A stretch of DNA of 64,000 nt from Candidatus Pacearchaeota archaeon. GTDB taxonomy: Archaea; Nanobdellota; Nanobdellia; Pacearchaeales; GW2011-AR1. A program made the position numbers and the translations under genes. Below are positions 18,821-27,993 of the stretch, piece after piece; within the stretch, counting starts at the first letter, position 1; each line of letters opens with the position of its first letter. The notes below the pieces were generated by a model that saw nothing but the letters and a program-made list of their open reading frames with translations, searched no databases and was not told where the DNA came from. The stretch covers positions 1 through 64,000 of the forward strand of contig JASFEO010000003.1 in the NCBI GenBank assembly GCA_050124795.1, given 5' to 3'.

Positions 18821-19169
18821 TTGAATCTCCTAAAAGATCATTTAATTGTGAATATGCATCGCTCAGAACAAAGGGATCCCCTGAAACAAGTACTGCAAGT
18901 AAATTATCTTTTTCAGAATCATAACCCCCCCAAATATCTTTCACCCCCTCTTCAAATACCCCAAGAATCGCAGCACCCTCATCTGATCCTCGCTTATGAA
19001 AGGTAATTCCCTTGGGATGCAATTTATAATGATGTGCCCCCCTATACTTATGGATATAATGAATCTTAGTAGGTTCTTTAAGGTTAGATGATTCTCTATT
19101 TAATTTATTTAAATCTTTCTGGGTTAACCTAAGAATCATTTCATTTTTTTCCTCAGTTTTAATTCTCAT
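18810..19169 (-). CDS. Hypothetical protein, paralog of 19166-19495
   Basis: Shared RLTQxDL, Y..Y/HY.L and SGD...AYSQL motifs. Confidence 0.7.
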   Translation of the reverse strand: MRIKTEEKNEMILRLTQKDLNKLNRESSNLKEPTKIHYIHKYRGAHHYKLHPKGITFHKRGSDEGAAILGVFEEGVKDIWGGYDSEKDNLLAVLVSGDPFVLSDAYSQLNDLLGDSNGN

Positions 19170-19495
19170 TTTACTTCCTCCAAAATACTTTTTAACTGTG
19201 AATATGCATTTTGTAAAAGAGACTTGTCTCCTGAAGAAAGTATAGCTATCTGATTATTGTATTCAGAATAATCCTCATCTCTATGTGGGTTCCCACAACC
19301 AATCCCCCAAATTTCTAATCCTACTTTTTTATTTCCTAAAAACAAATTATAATAATCCTTATTTCTATAAAGATTGAGATATTGAATTGATACCTTTCCT
19401 TCTGAACTTTCAGGAGTTAACCCAACTAATTTTTCCAAATCATTCTGGGTTAATCTAAATTTTATTTCACTCTTCTGAATATTTTCAGTTCTCAT
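19166..19495 (-). CDS. Hypothetical protein, paralog of 18810-19169
   Basis: Same motifs; ATGA overlaps at both ends. Confidence 0.7.
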   Translation of the reverse strand: MRTENIQKSEIKFRLTQNDLEKLVGLTPESSEGKVSIQYLNLYRNKDYYNLFLGNKKVGLEIWGIGCGNPHRDEDYSEYNNQIAILSSGDKSLLQNAYSQLKSILEEVK

Positions 19496-19959
19496 TTTAC
19501 TTCCTCCAAAAACTTCTTGCCTTTTTCAGTTAATTGCCTTCCTGGTCTTCGGCTTCTTACATTTTTTATGTCTTTTGCAATTTCAGTAAAACCTGCTTTG
19601 TCTGCTTGCTGCAAAATTGTTCTGATTATTTTCCCGCCTGCACGCTGGAATTTTTCAGGTCTGAATCCTCGGTTTTTTCGGCTTCCGTATTTTGTTCTAA
19701 GTCTGTTAACTCCGACAATTTTCTTTTTGTAAATTTGCCTTAAAATACTTGCAGCTCTCTTGTGCCAAAAGTCAGGGTCATCAATTGGCCTTTCTTTCGA
19801 CGGAGAAGATTTAACAAACTTTGCCCATTCAGGTTCCTCAAACTCTGGCAATTTCTTCAAAGCATCAGCTAATTTTAAATTATATTCCTGTGCAGGTAAA
19901 TCAAATACACTAATCATCTTAGACATTCCTTTCGGAATTAGATTGAAAACTTGTTTCAT
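19492..19959 (-). CDS. rps19e: 30S ribosomal protein S19e
   Basis: PEWAKFVKS..KERP, RAASILRQIY, YGSRKNRG and GRQLT. Confidence 0.95.
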   Translation of the reverse strand: MKQVFNLIPKGMSKMISVFDLPAQEYNLKLADALKKLPEFEEPEWAKFVKSSPSKERPIDDPDFWHKRAASILRQIYKKKIVGVNRLRTKYGSRKNRGFRPEKFQRAGGKIIRTILQQADKAGFTEIAKDIKNVRSRRPGRQLTEKGKKFLEEVK

Positions 19960-20069
19960 TTATCTAATAAAACAGGAAATTTATAGTTTATAAAACTTTT
20001 TACTTTGCAAAAATTTATGTAATTTTAATAACCATAATATTTAAAAACTGTAGTAATTCTAAAATTACA

Positions 20070-20249
20070 ATGGTAAACAAACACAACCTTAAAAATTCTT
20101 TTAGGGCGATTAAGTCTGACATCATGAAGATTGAGGGGGATATCATGAACATCAGAACTCAGCAGGCAGAGATTTTAGTTGAACTTGAAAAACTAACTGC
20201 AACAACAAAAAAGCCTGTTAAGAAAAAAACTTCTAAAAAAAAGAAATAA
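20070..20249 (+). CDS. Small coiled-coil protein with Lys-rich tail (59 aa, not in the ORF track)
   Basis: MVNKHNLKNSFRAIKSDIMKIEGD...KKPVKKKTSKKKK; TATA at 20040-20047. Confidence 0.7.
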   Translation: MVNKHNLKNSFRAIKSDIMKIEGDIMNIRTQQAEILVELEKLTATTKKPVKKKTSKKKK

Positions 20250-20333
20250 TTTTCTAAGAAAAAGTTGAAGAGAAAATTTTTAAGATTTGAAAGTTTGCAA
20301 TATATTTTAAAACCCCCCTTCCTTTATTTTAGA

Positions 20334-21113
20334 ATGGCAAAACAAATTTTTGTTATAAAAATGAATGGTGATAAAGCGCCTTATGACGAGAACAAATTAA
20401 GAAATTCCATGCTTCGCGCAGGTGCAAGTGATGAGGCAATTAATCGTGTTTTAAAAAAAGCAAAAGAATTTGTTTATAATGGGATAAAGACAAAAAAACT
20501 TTTCAGATTTGTGTTTAGTGAATTAAAAAAAGAAAAAGGTGTTGCAGGGATAAGGTATAATTTAAAAAATGCAATAATTGATTTGCACATTCGGGGAGCT
20601 GGTTATACATTTGAGAAATTTATGAAAAGGGTTTTTGATAAAAAAGGGTATGAAACAGAAATTAACAAAACAGTTAATGGAAAATTTATTACTCATGAAA
20701 TTGATATATTAGCGAGAAATAAAAATGAGACTTTGATGATTGAGGCAAAGCACCACACAAGACCATGGCTTGGAGTTGACATAAAAATCGCGCTTTATGT
20801 TTATGCAAGGTTTCTTGAAGTGAAAAAACATTTTACAAAACCTGAACTTATTACAAATACAAAATTTTCCCCGCAAGTAATTAATTATTCAAAAGGTGTT
20901 GGAATGAATTTAATGGGATGGAATTATCCTCGGGGGGATAGCTTGATTGAGAATATTGAAAAATATAAAATTTATCCAATAACAATTCTGCCAATGGAAA
21001 AAAAGAAAATTGAATATTATATAAGAAAAGGAATCTTAACACTTGATGAATTAAAAAATGAAAAAGATTTGCCAAATGAGTTAAGAAAAAATATTAATGA
21101 AATTTTAAAATAG
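20334..21113 (+). CDS. ATP-cone + Mrr-like PD-(D/E)xK restriction endonuclease domain protein
   Basis: VIKMNGDKAPYDENKL ATP cone; GYTFEKF, HEIDI...IEAKH and LITNTKFS. Confidence 0.85.
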   Translation: MAKQIFVIKMNGDKAPYDENKLRNSMLRAGASDEAINRVLKKAKEFVYNGIKTKKLFRFVFSELKKEKGVAGIRYNLKNAIIDLHIRGAGYTFEKFMKRVFDKKGYETEINKTVNGKFITHEIDILARNKNETLMIEAKHHTRPWLGVDIKIALYVYARFLEVKKHFTKPELITNTKFSPQVINYSKGVGMNLMGWNYPRGDSLIENIEKYKIYPITILPMEKKKIEYYIRKGILTLDELKNEKDLPNELRKNINEILK

Positions 21114-21179
21114 CCGCGCCCGCCAGAAAGAAAAATTTATAACCAAATAATTTAAAAACTAAAATTTGTAGATAATTCA

Positions 21180-21686
21180 ATGGCATTTAAGATTAATATT
21201 GCAACCAAAGATGGAAAGACTTTTCATATTGAGTCAGATGCAGAAAGTTTAATGGGTAAAGAGCTTCATGATAAAGTTGAAGGTAAAGATATCTCCTCAG
21301 ACCTTGAAGGTTATGAATTTGAAATTAGCGGGGCGAGTGATAAATCCGGTTTTACTGCAATGAAAAATGTCGAAGGTATTGGCTTAAAAAAAGTTCTTTT
21401 AACTTATGGCAAGGCAATGAAGACTCGGCCGAAAAAAGAAGGAAAGAAAAAACAGCTTTGCAAAAAACCAAAAGGTTTAAGACTTAGAAAAACTGTTCGC
21501 GGGAAAGTTATTAGTGAAGCTATTATTCAGATTAATTTAAAAATTGTTAAAGAGGGAAAAAAGAAACTTTCTGAAATTTTCCAGGAGCAAAATAATAAAG
21601 GTGAGGCTGTAAAAGAAGTTAAGGCTGAAGAAAAAGTTGAAGAGAAAAAAGAAAGTGAAACACCTAAGGAAGAGAAGAAAGAATAA
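21180..21686 (+). CDS. rps6e: 30S ribosomal protein S6e
   Basis: GYEFEISGASDKSGF, GLRLRKTVRG and QINLK. Confidence 0.95.
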   Translation: MAFKINIATKDGKTFHIESDAESLMGKELHDKVEGKDISSDLEGYEFEISGASDKSGFTAMKNVEGIGLKKVLLTYGKAMKTRPKKEGKKKQLCKKPKGLRLRKTVRGKVISEAIIQINLKIVKEGKKKLSEIFQEQNNKGEAVKEVKAEEKVEEKKESETPKEEKKE

Positions 21687-22156
21687 CAAACTAATTTTTT
21701 AATCAACCGATCAATAAATTCATCTTGTCCTGAAATTAATTTTTCTTTTGCTTTTTTAATTTCAAAATAATCTGCTTTGTCAACTTCAGGAATTTTTATT
21801 TTTTTGCCTGTAAAATTATCTTTAATTTCTATAAAATTTTGCTTCATTAAAATCCCCTTCCAGAAATTTTCTTTGTCTTCAATTGCCCAAGCAAGAATTT
21901 TTTTCCAGGATTTTTGTTTTACTTCTCCTAAAAAAATATACCTCTCTTTTTCTTTTGGCAACTTAATTCCTGTTTCTTCATTAACTTCTTTTATCGCCCT
22001 TGACAAATCATTTTCTCCGTCGTTAATTTCTCCCTTGGGGATGCTCCAAACACCAAGATCTTTATTTTTCCAAAATGGTCCGCCCGGATGAACAATAAAA
22101 ACTTTTAATTTATTCTCAACAAATTTATACATTAAAATTCCTGCTGATTTTTTCAT
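21527..22156 (-). CDS. NUDIX hydrolase (YfcD/MutT-like); C-terminus runs antisense into rps6e
   Basis: SAGILMY, HPGGPFW, WSIPKGE...AIKEVNEETG NUDIX box. Confidence 0.85.
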   Translation of the reverse strand: MKKSAGILMYKFVENKLKVFIVHPGGPFWKNKDLGVWSIPKGEINDGENDLSRAIKEVNEETGIKLPKEKERYIFLGEVKQKSWKKILAWAIEDKENFWKGILMKQNFIEIKDNFTGKKIKIPEVDKADYFEIKKAKEKLISGQDEFIDRLIKKLVCYSFFSSLGVSLSFFSSTFSSALTSFTASPLLFCSWKISESFFFPSLTIFKLI

Positions 22157-22241
22157 AAATTCATAAGTAATTAAAGGTTATAAAATTATTTGATATAACT
22201 CGCAATTCTTCTTAGTCTTCTGTAATTTGTTTCTCCTTCAA

Positions 22242-22460
22242 TTACTTTTTTATCAAGAAAATTGTTTCCTTTTTTCCAGACCATTTAAAACCCTCTGCAA
22301 AAACGAATTCCCGGAAATTGAATTCCCCATCTCTAATTTTTTTAGTCAATTGATTTGTTGTTTCTCCATTTGCTATATCAATAAAAACTTTTTCAGGATT
22401 GACAAGTTCAATTTCCTGAGGAAAAATTCTTCTATAAAGTTTTTTTAAATATTCATACAT
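22242..22460 (-). CDS. Hypothetical protein
   Basis: TATA-preceded ORF. Confidence 0.5.
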   Translation of the reverse strand: MYEYLKKLYRRIFPQEIELVNPEKVFIDIANGETTNQLTKKIRDGEFNFREFVFAEGFKWSGKKETIFLIKK

Positions 22461-22673
22461 AATTAATCAAATAAAAGTAGGTTTATAAAAATTTATATAA
22501 AACATTACAAATCTTCTAAAAGTTCCCGGAGTCTTTCATAAGTTATTATTCCTTGTTCGACATTTGCTTTAATATACTAATCATCACAATTTAACTTATA
22601 ATGAATTTTTATAGCTAATTCTTCACTATTGGGCTTTTTTACTTTGTCATAATTTTCAGGAAATTTGGAATTA

Positions 22674-23198
22674 TCAATTGATTTCATTTTCAAGATTAAT
22701 GATTTTTCTAGGAACTTTAAATAATCTTTGTATTTTGCTGAAAATTATATTGGGATGGTTTGGGGTGAGGGTTTTATTGTATAAATTTAACATAAGCACA
22801 ACATCTTCTTCTGCAGCATGATTTGCAAATATGAGGTGAGGAAAATTACTATAATCTGAATAATGAAATATATAAGGATCATTTCTTGCTTTTGGAACTA
22901 AACTTAAATGCTGAAAAAGGGCATATTGAAAATTAGAGTGATTTGATCTGGTCGATTTAAAACTTATTTTGCAGAACCATTTTTTTTCACTGAATTTAAT
23001 TCCATTATTAAACTCTTTGACAATAGGACACAATGAAAACTTTAATGCATCTAATTGAGAATTCATATACAATTCTTTATAAGAATTATGATTAAACTCA
23101 TCCTTGCCCCATTCTGGCTTATAGAAAAATTCAGCTTTTTTTATTGCCATATTTTTCATTATAAAAAACATTTTTAAAATTATTGTTTTGGAATTCAA
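22674..23198 (-). CDS. Hypothetical protein
   Basis: Long ORF; start uncertain. Confidence 0.55.
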   Translation of the reverse strand: MNSKTIILKMFFIMKNMAIKKAEFFYKPEWGKDEFNHNSYKELYMNSQLDALKFSLCPIVKEFNNGIKFSEKKWFCKISFKSTRSNHSNFQYALFQHLSLVPKARNDPYIFHYSDYSNFPHLIFANHAAEEDVVLMLNLYNKTLTPNHPNIIFSKIQRLFKVPRKIINLENEIN

Positions 23199-23416
23199 TA
23201 ATCAAAAGGATTTCCCCCGCCAAACAATATCTCAGGAGTTTTGTCATTTATGATTTCTTTTGGGACTCCATATTTTTTATTATACAATGTATCAACTGAA
23301 CAAAACAGAGCATCATTATAATCAAGTCCCAATTTTTCTGCCCCGATTTCTTTTAATTTTTTTCTAATTTCGTCTTTATCTATATTTGTAAATGTCGCTT
23401 CATATTCAATTTCCAT
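23195..23416 (-). pseudogene. CYTH-domain protein with a large in-frame internal deletion
   Basis: N-terminal ExE motif (MEIEYEATF...KLKEIGA) joined directly to the typical C-terminus (EKLGLDY..ALFCSVDTLY); catalytic core missing. Confidence 0.65.
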
Positions 23417-23466
23417 AAAAAGATTATCTTAATAACTTTTAAAAAGTCTTTGTTCAATCTATTTTT

Positions 23467-24669
23467 ATGAAACAAATACCAGAACTAAATATTGGAGTTG
23501 TAGGGCATATTGATCATGGAAAGACAACTTTACTTGGAAGGCTGACTGGAAAATTTACTGACACGCATTCTGAAGAATTAAAACGTGGGATAACAATAAA
23601 ACTTGGTTATGCAGATATTTTAATTTCAAAAAATAAAGATAATTTTACAACTGAAAAGAAAGGTGAACCAGTTCGATATATTAGTTTTATCGACGCGCCG
23701 GGTCATGAGATGTTAATGGCAACAATGCTTTCAGGAGCCGCGATTATTGACGGAGCAATTTTAGTTGTTGCTGCAAATGAGGGAATCAAGCCCCAGACAA
23801 AAGAGCACTTCATGGCTTTGCAGGCAAAAAAAATCAAGAATATAATTATTGTTCAAAATAAAATTGATTTAGTTACAAAAGAAGAGGCTTTGGAAAATTA
23901 TAAAAAAATTAAGGAGTTTGTAAGGGGGAGCGCGGCAGAGAATTCTCCTGTTATCCCGATTTCTGCTCAGCAAGGAATTAATATTGACAAACTTTTAGAA
24001 GAATTAACTAAATTTGAAATTCCCAAAAAAGATGTTGATGCAGAACCGGTTTTTTTAGTTGCAAGGAGTTTTGATATAAATAAGCCCGGGGGGGAGATTG
24101 AAAAATTAAACGGGGGTGTTCTTGGGGGGATTTTAAAAAAAGGAAAATTAAAAGTAGGTGAGAAAATAGAAATTAAGCCGGGGTTAAGTTCTAAAAAAAA
24201 TAATCAATTAACTTATGAAACTCTTTACACGAAAATTTTGTCTTTGCATAAGGGAAATAAAAATGTGAAGGAGGTCCTGCCGGGGGCGAGCATTTCAATT
24301 GAAACAGAACTTGACTCGTATTTAACAAAAACAGATTCTCTGACTGGCTGCATTGTTGGAAAAAAAGAAACATTGCCCGAGGCGACAAATAAAGTAAAAT
24401 TAAAAACAGAACTTTTCAAGGAGGCGCTTGGAACAGGGGAAGAAAAAAAGATTGAAGAAATTAAAACAAAGGAAATGCTCATGCTTAGTGTTAACACAAC
24501 AATTACCGTCGGAACAGTTGAAAAAATCAAAGACGATATTGTTGAACTTTATTTAAACATCCCAATTGTTGCTTTAGAAAAGGACAATGTAGGAATTGCG
24601 CGAAATATAAATGGTCACTGGAGATTAATCGGCTGGGGCGAAGTGGTTGGGGAGCGGGCAATTAGATAA
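23467..24669 (+). CDS. eif2g: Translation initiation factor 2 subunit gamma
   Basis: GHIDHGKTT, EELKRGITIKLGYA, DAPGHE, QNKID, RSFDINKPG and WRLIGWG. Confidence 0.97.
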   Translation: MKQIPELNIGVVGHIDHGKTTLLGRLTGKFTDTHSEELKRGITIKLGYADILISKNKDNFTTEKKGEPVRYISFIDAPGHEMLMATMLSGAAIIDGAILVVAANEGIKPQTKEHFMALQAKKIKNIIIVQNKIDLVTKEEALENYKKIKEFVRGSAAENSPVIPISAQQGINIDKLLEELTKFEIPKKDVDAEPVFLVARSFDINKPGGEIEKLNGGVLGGILKKGKLKVGEKIEIKPGLSSKKNNQLTYETLYTKILSLHKGNKNVKEVLPGASISIETELDSYLTKTDSLTGCIVGKKETLPEATNKVKLKTELFKEALGTGEEKKIEEIKTKEMLMLSVNTTITVGTVEKIKDDIVELYLNIPIVALEKDNVGIARNINGHWRLIGWGEVVGERAIR

Positions 24670-24830
24670 ATTAAGGGAAATTTCTCATCCAAAAAATTTA
24701 TAAATGATTTAATTTTAAAAAATCTGTAAGACAAGAGAAACTAAATTAAAGATTATTAAATTCTCTATTTTGAAAATAGCAAATGACAATAAAAAAATTA
24801 AATTTGAAAAACTTAGTGAAGGTAATTTAA

Positions 24831-25556
24831 ATGGATATGCCAACAGATATGCAGCACCAGGCAATGGGTTATGACAGAACAGCGACGATGTTTTCCCCTG
24901 AGGGAACAATTTTGCAGGTTGAGTATGCGCAAAAAACTGTGAGACTTGGAGCGTCAAGTGTTGGGATGGTTTGTTCTGATGGCGCAATAATTATTGCTGA
25001 CAAAAGAATTACTGATAAACTTGTTACACTTGAATCAACTTACAGAATTTATGAAATTGATTCTCACATTATTGCGAGCGCTGCAGGAATTGTTTCAGAT
25101 GCAAGGGTTTTAATTGAAAGAGCGCAGGTCCAGGCACAGCAGCACAGGGTTACTTATGATTCGCCAATTGAACCGGAATTAATTATTAAGGATATTTCAA
25201 ATGTAAAACAGCAGTTCAGCCAATACGGAGGAGCAAGGCCTTTCGGGGTTTCATTAATGGTTGCAGGAATTAACGGAAGTAAAGCAGAACTTTTCACAAG
25301 CGACATTACTGGAAATTATTTGTCCTATCATGCAAATGCAATCGGGGAAAACGACGAGAAGATAAAAGAAAAGTTAAGGGAAAAGTATAAACAAGATTTG
25401 ACAATGAAGAAAGGTGCTAAGTTAATTATTGATATTTTAAAGGAAATGCAAGGGACAAAGTTTGACTTGAACAGGCTGGAACTTGCATATTTAGAAAAAC
25501 AAAATGCAAGGTTAAAAAGAATTGAGGGAGAAAAAATTAAGGAGTTTGTAAAGTGA
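24831..25556 (+). CDS. psmA: Proteasome subunit alpha
   Basis: GYDRTATMFSPEG..QVEYA and RPFGVSL. Confidence 0.97.
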   Translation: MDMPTDMQHQAMGYDRTATMFSPEGTILQVEYAQKTVRLGASSVGMVCSDGAIIIADKRITDKLVTLESTYRIYEIDSHIIASAAGIVSDARVLIERAQVQAQQHRVTYDSPIEPELIIKDISNVKQQFSQYGGARPFGVSLMVAGINGSKAELFTSDITGNYLSYHANAIGENDEKIKEKLREKYKQDLTMKKGAKLIIDILKEMQGTKFDLNRLELAYLEKQNARLKRIEGEKIKEFVK

Positions 25557-25560
25557 GATT

Positions 25561-25860
25561 ATGGTAAATTTAGATCATGGAATTAGTAGTGAACCAATTG
25601 AACCAAAGGAGTATAATTTTAAAAAGAAGATAATTACTTCATTAGTCGTCCTTGGAACTTATGTTGCAATGGCAAGTAATTCTACTTTCTTCTTTACTTT
25701 AGACCGTTTGATAAAAGAACATTCAAGAGAGGAGATAAATATAGAGGTTAATTCTGAGGATTCTGTTTTAAGGGGTTTTGCAAAGTATTCGATGTTTATC
25801 CCGGGAAAATTAGGGAAAAATCTAGCATATTATGTTTTTGACAAGGAGGACAGAAATTAA
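25561..25860 (+). CDS. Hypothetical membrane-associated ORFan
   Basis: In-operon ORF with SD-containing 3' end. Confidence 0.6.
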   Translation: MVNLDHGISSEPIEPKEYNFKKKIITSLVVLGTYVAMASNSTFFFTLDRLIKEHSREEINIEVNSEDSVLRGFAKYSMFIPGKLGKNLAYYVFDKEDRN

Positions 25861-25861
25861 A

Positions 25862-26182
25862 ATGAAATTTTTAGGATTAGATTTTTATTGGGATAATTTT
25901 GGAATTGAAACTCCCAGTGGAGAAGCAATGATATTTTTTCCTTTTCCAAATATGCGAAGATATGAAGAGATTGTTATTACTTCGACTAAAAAAGAAAGTG
26001 GAAAAATTAAACATAAATCCAAACTAAAATATAGGTTTAAATCTCACAGAGACCCTTTATCAGTTGGTTTAGCAAGAGAGGTTTCTGCAAAACAATTATG
26101 TGAAAATAATTGGGGATTTTTACAAGACAAAAATATAGGAGAAAAAGTAACTTCGCAAGAATACTTATTTAGTAAATATTAA
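25862..26182 (+). CDS. Hypothetical ORFan
   Basis: GGAGG SD plus TAAAATG junction. Confidence 0.65.
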   Translation: MKFLGLDFYWDNFGIETPSGEAMIFFPFPNMRRYEEIVITSTKKESGKIKHKSKLKYRFKSHRDPLSVGLAREVSAKQLCENNWGFLQDKNIGEKVTSQEYLFSKY

Positions 26183-26183
26183 A

Positions 26184-26855
26184 ATGACATCAACTATTGC
26201 AAGAATAAGAAAATCAGGATTGAATTTTGAAATCAGGGTTGACTTGGATGATGCATTAAAACTAAAAAAAGATGAAGTTTCAGCAATTGATGTTGGGGGG
26301 GATAAGGTTTTTTCTGATATAAAAAAAGGTTTTGTTGCAGGAAATTCTGATTTGGAACTTGCATTCGGGACAACTGATATTCATGAGATTGCAAAGAGGA
26401 TAATTAAGGAAGGTGAAGTGCAGACGACTCAGGAACATAGAGACGAGGAAAGAGAAAAAAAGGTAAGGCAGGTTGTGAATTTTTTGGCTGCCAATGCAAT
26501 CGACCCTCAGACGAAAAATCCTGTTTCACAGTCGAGAATTGAAAGCGCATTAAAGGACGCGCATGTTAATATTAAGAATGTTCCAGTTGAAAATCAGATT
26601 AAGGAAATTGTCGAAGCAGTCTCAAAGGTTATCCCAATAAAATTAGAAATGAAAAAGGTGAAAATCACAATTCCTGCAATGCACACTGGTCGGGCTTATG
26701 GAGTTGTTTCACAATATAAGGAAAAAGAAAACTGGCTTGACAATGGAAATTTGGAAGTAGTGGTTTCTGTTCCAGCGGGGATAATTATGGATTTTTATGA
26801 TAAATTAAATAATGTAACACACGGCAGTGCAATTACTGAAGAGGTTAATGATTAA
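26184..26855 (+). CDS. sdo1: Ribosome maturation protein SBDS/Sdo1
   Basis: FEI..D, FGTTD..EIAKRII, IDPQTKNP and VTHG; position in the exosome superoperon. Confidence 0.93.
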   Translation: MTSTIARIRKSGLNFEIRVDLDDALKLKKDEVSAIDVGGDKVFSDIKKGFVAGNSDLELAFGTTDIHEIAKRIIKEGEVQTTQEHRDEEREKKVRQVVNFLAANAIDPQTKNPVSQSRIESALKDAHVNIKNVPVENQIKEIVEAVSKVIPIKLEMKKVKITIPAMHTGRAYGVVSQYKEKENWLDNGNLEVVVSVPAGIIMDFYDKLNNVTHGSAITEEVND

Positions 26856-26856
26856 A

Positions 26857-27024
26857 ATGCCAGACTCAAAATATTTTAGACCTGAACCTATCGATGTTCC
26901 GCAAAGAGAAGAGGACAATTATGTCGAAAAAGAGACTCCTTCTGATAAACTTTTTTTAGATGAAGATCCTAAAGTAAATGAAGTATTAAGATTTGGAGAA
27001 TTAAATATAAGGAGAGATTATTAA
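26857..27024 (+). CDS. Hypothetical ORFan
   Basis: Coupled junctions on both sides. Confidence 0.55.
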   Translation: MPDSKYFRPEPIDVPQREEDNYVEKETPSDKLFLDEDPKVNEVLRFGELNIRRDY

Positions 27025-27288
27025 ATGAAACCAGAATATTTTTATAAATTAACTATCTCAAATTTTGATGAAGAAAACAATAGGATAACTTATGAAACAA
27101 CAGAAGCGATAACTTTTAATGATCCAACTGACGGCGATGTAGGTTTAGAAGAGTTTTTAAGAAATAATCTTATTGATAGAATAAGGGCAGACCCTTCTGT
27201 GTTGCCAATCACCGGGAGATTAGGATTTCTCAGGAGGGAGCTAATAAACCAACAAACCCAAAACTTTAAAAGACAAATTTATGATTAA
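27025..27288 (+). CDS. Hypothetical ORFan
   Basis: GGAG SD, TAAATG junction. Confidence 0.6.
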   Translation: MKPEYFYKLTISNFDEENNRITYETTEAITFNDPTDGDVGLEEFLRNNLIDRIRADPSVLPITGRLGFLRRELINQQTQNFKRQIYD

Positions 27289-27293
27289 TTAAA

Positions 27294-27740
27294 ATGACAA
27301 AATATGAAAACACACAAGAATTTTTAGACAATCTTTATAGTTGCGTTTTTGAGAGAACAAGGTCTCATTTTGCAGATTTTGGCTTAGCTGAAAGAGAGGA
27401 TTTTATCGGAGAGTCAAGCATACATGAAATTTCACTTAAACCATCTATCGGGGATTATTCTGTTGAAGTAATAAGAAGCTTGATAGAAAATTGTGCTAAT
27501 CAAGAAAACTATTCTGAAAAAGAATTAGACAGCCTATTTTCTGGATTTGATTCAGTGATGTTCACAAATGAGGCAGGTCTTTCTCAAAAACAAGGAAGTC
27601 TCATGATATCTTTAGTTAAGAAAACATTACTTGAAGATATGTTAGAAAATCCTGTTGAAATAGATTTTAACAAAAAATCTTATTGTATTGAAAAAACTAA
27701 TGAAGGATTATCCGTAACTAATCTGGGAGGAAGAAATTAA
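27294..27740 (+). CDS. Hypothetical ORFan
   Basis: TAAAATGAC start context. Confidence 0.65.
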   Translation: MTKYENTQEFLDNLYSCVFERTRSHFADFGLAEREDFIGESSIHEISLKPSIGDYSVEVIRSLIENCANQENYSEKELDSLFSGFDSVMFTNEAGLSQKQGSLMISLVKKTLLEDMLENPVEIDFNKKSYCIEKTNEGLSVTNLGGRN

Positions 27741-27741
27741 A

Positions 27742-27993
27742 ATGACAAATGAAAAATACACTTTAGGAAAAAACTCATGCGATTGTCATCCTGAAACATG
27801 CCATTGCGCAGATTATGCAATTTACGAGGAAGGGAAAAAATATATCCCAGTTTTTGATAGACCAAAAGGAGAACATATTGTTAATGCTTTAAATCTTCTT
27901 GATAAATTGCAAAATCAATCTCAGGCTTCTGAAGAAAGATTAGACTCACTTGGAAATTGTCGGCGAGGATTAGATAATGGAGGCAAATACTAA
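27742..27993 (+). CDS. Hypothetical ORFan with CxCHPETCxC motif
   Basis: SD plus TAAAATGAC; Cys cluster. Confidence 0.65.
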   Translation: MTNEKYTLGKNSCDCHPETCHCADYAIYEEGKKYIPVFDRPKGEHIVNALNLLDKLQNQSQASEERLDSLGNCRRGLDNGGKY

